Shown: positions 61,928-64,000 of the stretch, piece after piece
Layout: every line of letters begins with the position of its first letter
How positions within the stretch are numbered: position 1 is the stretch's first letter
Assembly (NCBI GenBank): GCA_030704615.1
Contig: CM060733.1
Coordinates: 21,018,001-21,082,000 of the forward strand
DNA: 64,000 nt
From: Takakia lepidozioides
Taxonomy: Eukaryota > Plantae > Bryophyta
Direction: 5' to 3'
Translations under genes and position numbers: made by a program
Notes under the pieces: model-generated
What the model was told of the DNA's origin: nothing
The model's input: only the letters and a program-made list of their open reading frames with translations
Databases searched by the model: none

Positions 61928-64000
61928 ATGGGAGCTGCTGCCGCTGCTCATGTGGAGGCTGGAGCTTGTGATTCATTTGCAAATCTCGGAGCTTATGTAG
62001 ATGCGCTTCTGCAGACTCCATGGCGAGTTGTGGGGCGTGCGTGTGCTGTCTCCACTCCGACTGAGGAGATGACCGAGGTAATGAGTCGAAGCTTGCTGAG
62101 CTCACTACAGTTTGAGGTTTTGGGAATCGACTGCAAAGTTTGAGATGTTGGAAATGCGGACAGCGAAGTGTAGTGGACATTGTTGCAGTTCTTTAAGAGG
62201 TTAGCTGCTTGGGTGCGTGATTTCAGGTGAAAGCTCGATCAGGGGCCGAGTTGAGGCGGAGTTTGCAGTGGTGGGATGTCATTGCGCTTGGAGTAGGGGG
62301 GATGGTGGGAGCGGGCATCTTCGTGACCACGGGTGGTGCTGCGCGTAAGGATGCAGGACCTGCGGTTATCGTGTCGTATATGGTCGCTGGTCTTTCAGCA
62401 CTTCTGTCTGCGTTCTGCTACACAGAGTTTGCCGTGGAGATGCCTGTTGCGGGGGGTGCTTTCAGTTACCTTAGAATAACTTTCGGTAAGTCTCGGAAGG
62501 CTATAGGAGTGATTGTCCCTCAGTCTACCCACTATCAGGATGTTTGGTCAGAAGCTTGTAATTGTTGACTTATGAAGCTGCTTGTTGAAGCCTTAATTGC
62601 GGGAAGGATGCGCAGTCGAGGCCTCCTGCACTGTTGAGAGCAAGTCGTCCAGCTGTAAATAGAATCCTGGACTGAGGGAGCTCACCTCTTCAGTTTGCTT
62701 GCAGGGGAATTCCCAGCCTATATCACAGGCGCTAATTTGATTATGGAGTATGTTCTGTCAAATGCTGCGGTGGCCCGTAGCTTTACTTCGTATGCAGCCA
62801 GTTCGTTTGGTGTTACACATGACGATGCTTGGCGGGTGGAGTTGAGAGGCTTCCCGCCCGGTTACAGTCAACTGGACTTCCCAGCTGTTGCCGTCATTGT
62901 CGCGCTAACGGTCTGCCTGTGCTTCAGGTACTTTCGTTTGCCTCTGTCGCTTTGAGCACTTTGCTTCGCATTAGTGGTGATCAACGCATTGACCAGTATG
63001 AACCCGTATTGGCTCAGCTAGCACCGAATTCCTGTCGAAAGTGTCTTGGGGGTAGATGTGCTTTTTAGTGAGTGCCTGCATGGTCAGTGAAGAACTAGCT
63101 GGATTTCAGAACTGTCAGGGTGAAGAGACTCGCCGATGCAGACATCCCTCTCAACTGTCTATTCGTTCCCTCTCTGAAAATCAGTCCCTGCTGGTTTGGA
63201 AACTTCACAGATTTCTACGTAAGATGAGGCTGAACGTACATGTGGCATTCTGACCTCTAAATCCTGGTGGTTGATGTGAACAGCACGAAGAAGAGCTCCA
63301 TCTTCAACTTGGTGATGACCCTCCTCCACGTTGTCTTCATACTCTTCATTATAATTGTCGGATTTTCCAAAGGAGAATCTAGAAATCTCTTCCACGCTGG
63401 GAATCCATCTTCAAATCCGAGCGGATTTGCACCTTTCGGTTTGCAGGGTGTGTTCAATGGTGCCGCGATTGTCTACTTTAGCTACATCGGCTACGATGCA
63501 GTCTCAACGACAGCTGAAGAGGTCGAGAATCCCGCGAAGAATATGCCCATAGGTGTTTCAGGATCTGTGATTGTTGTTACAATCCTCTACTGCCTCGTTG
63601 CGGCTGCTCTTTGCATGCTCCTGCCTTACGACATGGTGAGTGTCCTGCTCAATTTTGATCGTTCCAACTGTATAGTAATATGGCCTCAACATTTTCGTTC
63701 TTGTTCTACGCTCTAAGAATTGCTGTGACAGTATGGTCTAAGACTCAAAGCCAGTATTTTAACAAGGCAGTGTAACCTCACTCTCTTAAAATCTGCGAAG
63801 TTGCACGGGCTATTATGGCGCTGTCGCTGAGATCTATTTTTTACTCTCAATACTTGTGTGCTGAGCAGCTACAGTTGTGAGTGCCGCAACTGACAAGGTC
63901 TGATGTGCGTGACAGATTGATTCGCAAGCACCTTTCTCAACCGCGTTCCAGCAGCTGGGTGGTTGGGAGTGGGCATCCAATGTTATTGGTGCGGGTGCCA
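61928..64000 (+). CDS. Cationic amino acid transporter, CAT6/CAT7-like, 3'-incomplete
   Basis: Exons 61928-62077, 62227-62485, 62705-62927, 63284-63635 and 63916-end. Motifs LQWWDVIALGVGGMVGAGIFV, AGPAVIVSY, FCYTEFAVEMPVAGGAFSYLR, GFAPFG and FSYIGYDAVST.AEEV. Confidence 0.94.

Noticed and set aside
61461-62180. 239-aa antisense ORF over CAT exon 1
   Set aside because: A GC-rich shadow frame with no recognisable motifs.

Overview
This is nuclear DNA from a land plant, probably a non-seed plant (inferred from an intron-containing class I sHSP, PLS-E PPR fragments and the Ty3/gypsy type). Apparently intact spliced genes are RPN5 (minus), PLMT (plus, head-to-head with RPN5), a class I small HSP, a nepenthesin-like aspartic protease (minus), a short-form tRNase Z (plus, head-to-head with the protease), a conserved small unknown protein (minus), a CAT6/7-like amino acid transporter running off the window end, and tRNA-Gly(GCC). 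Two genes carry 1-bp indels in short base runs: a PRP28/RH21-like DEAD-box helicase and a coiled-coil gene. Mobile DNA includes a degenerate Ty3/gypsy element, an internally deleted Ty1/copia element, a MITE, tRNA-derived SINEs, solo-LTR-like inserts, a LINE RT fragment and a Helitron-like 5' end. The most striking feature is a pair of related mosaic loci at ~5.9-7.8 kb and ~48.9-52.5 kb. They share a scaffold but carry different gene fragments: sHSP plus an inverted coiled-coil gene piece in one, and PPR plus a peroxiredoxin IIF exon in the other. Both fragments in the first mosaic retain introns and have donors inside this window, pointing to DNA-level local gene-fragment capture. All calls were made by eye; no database search was run.
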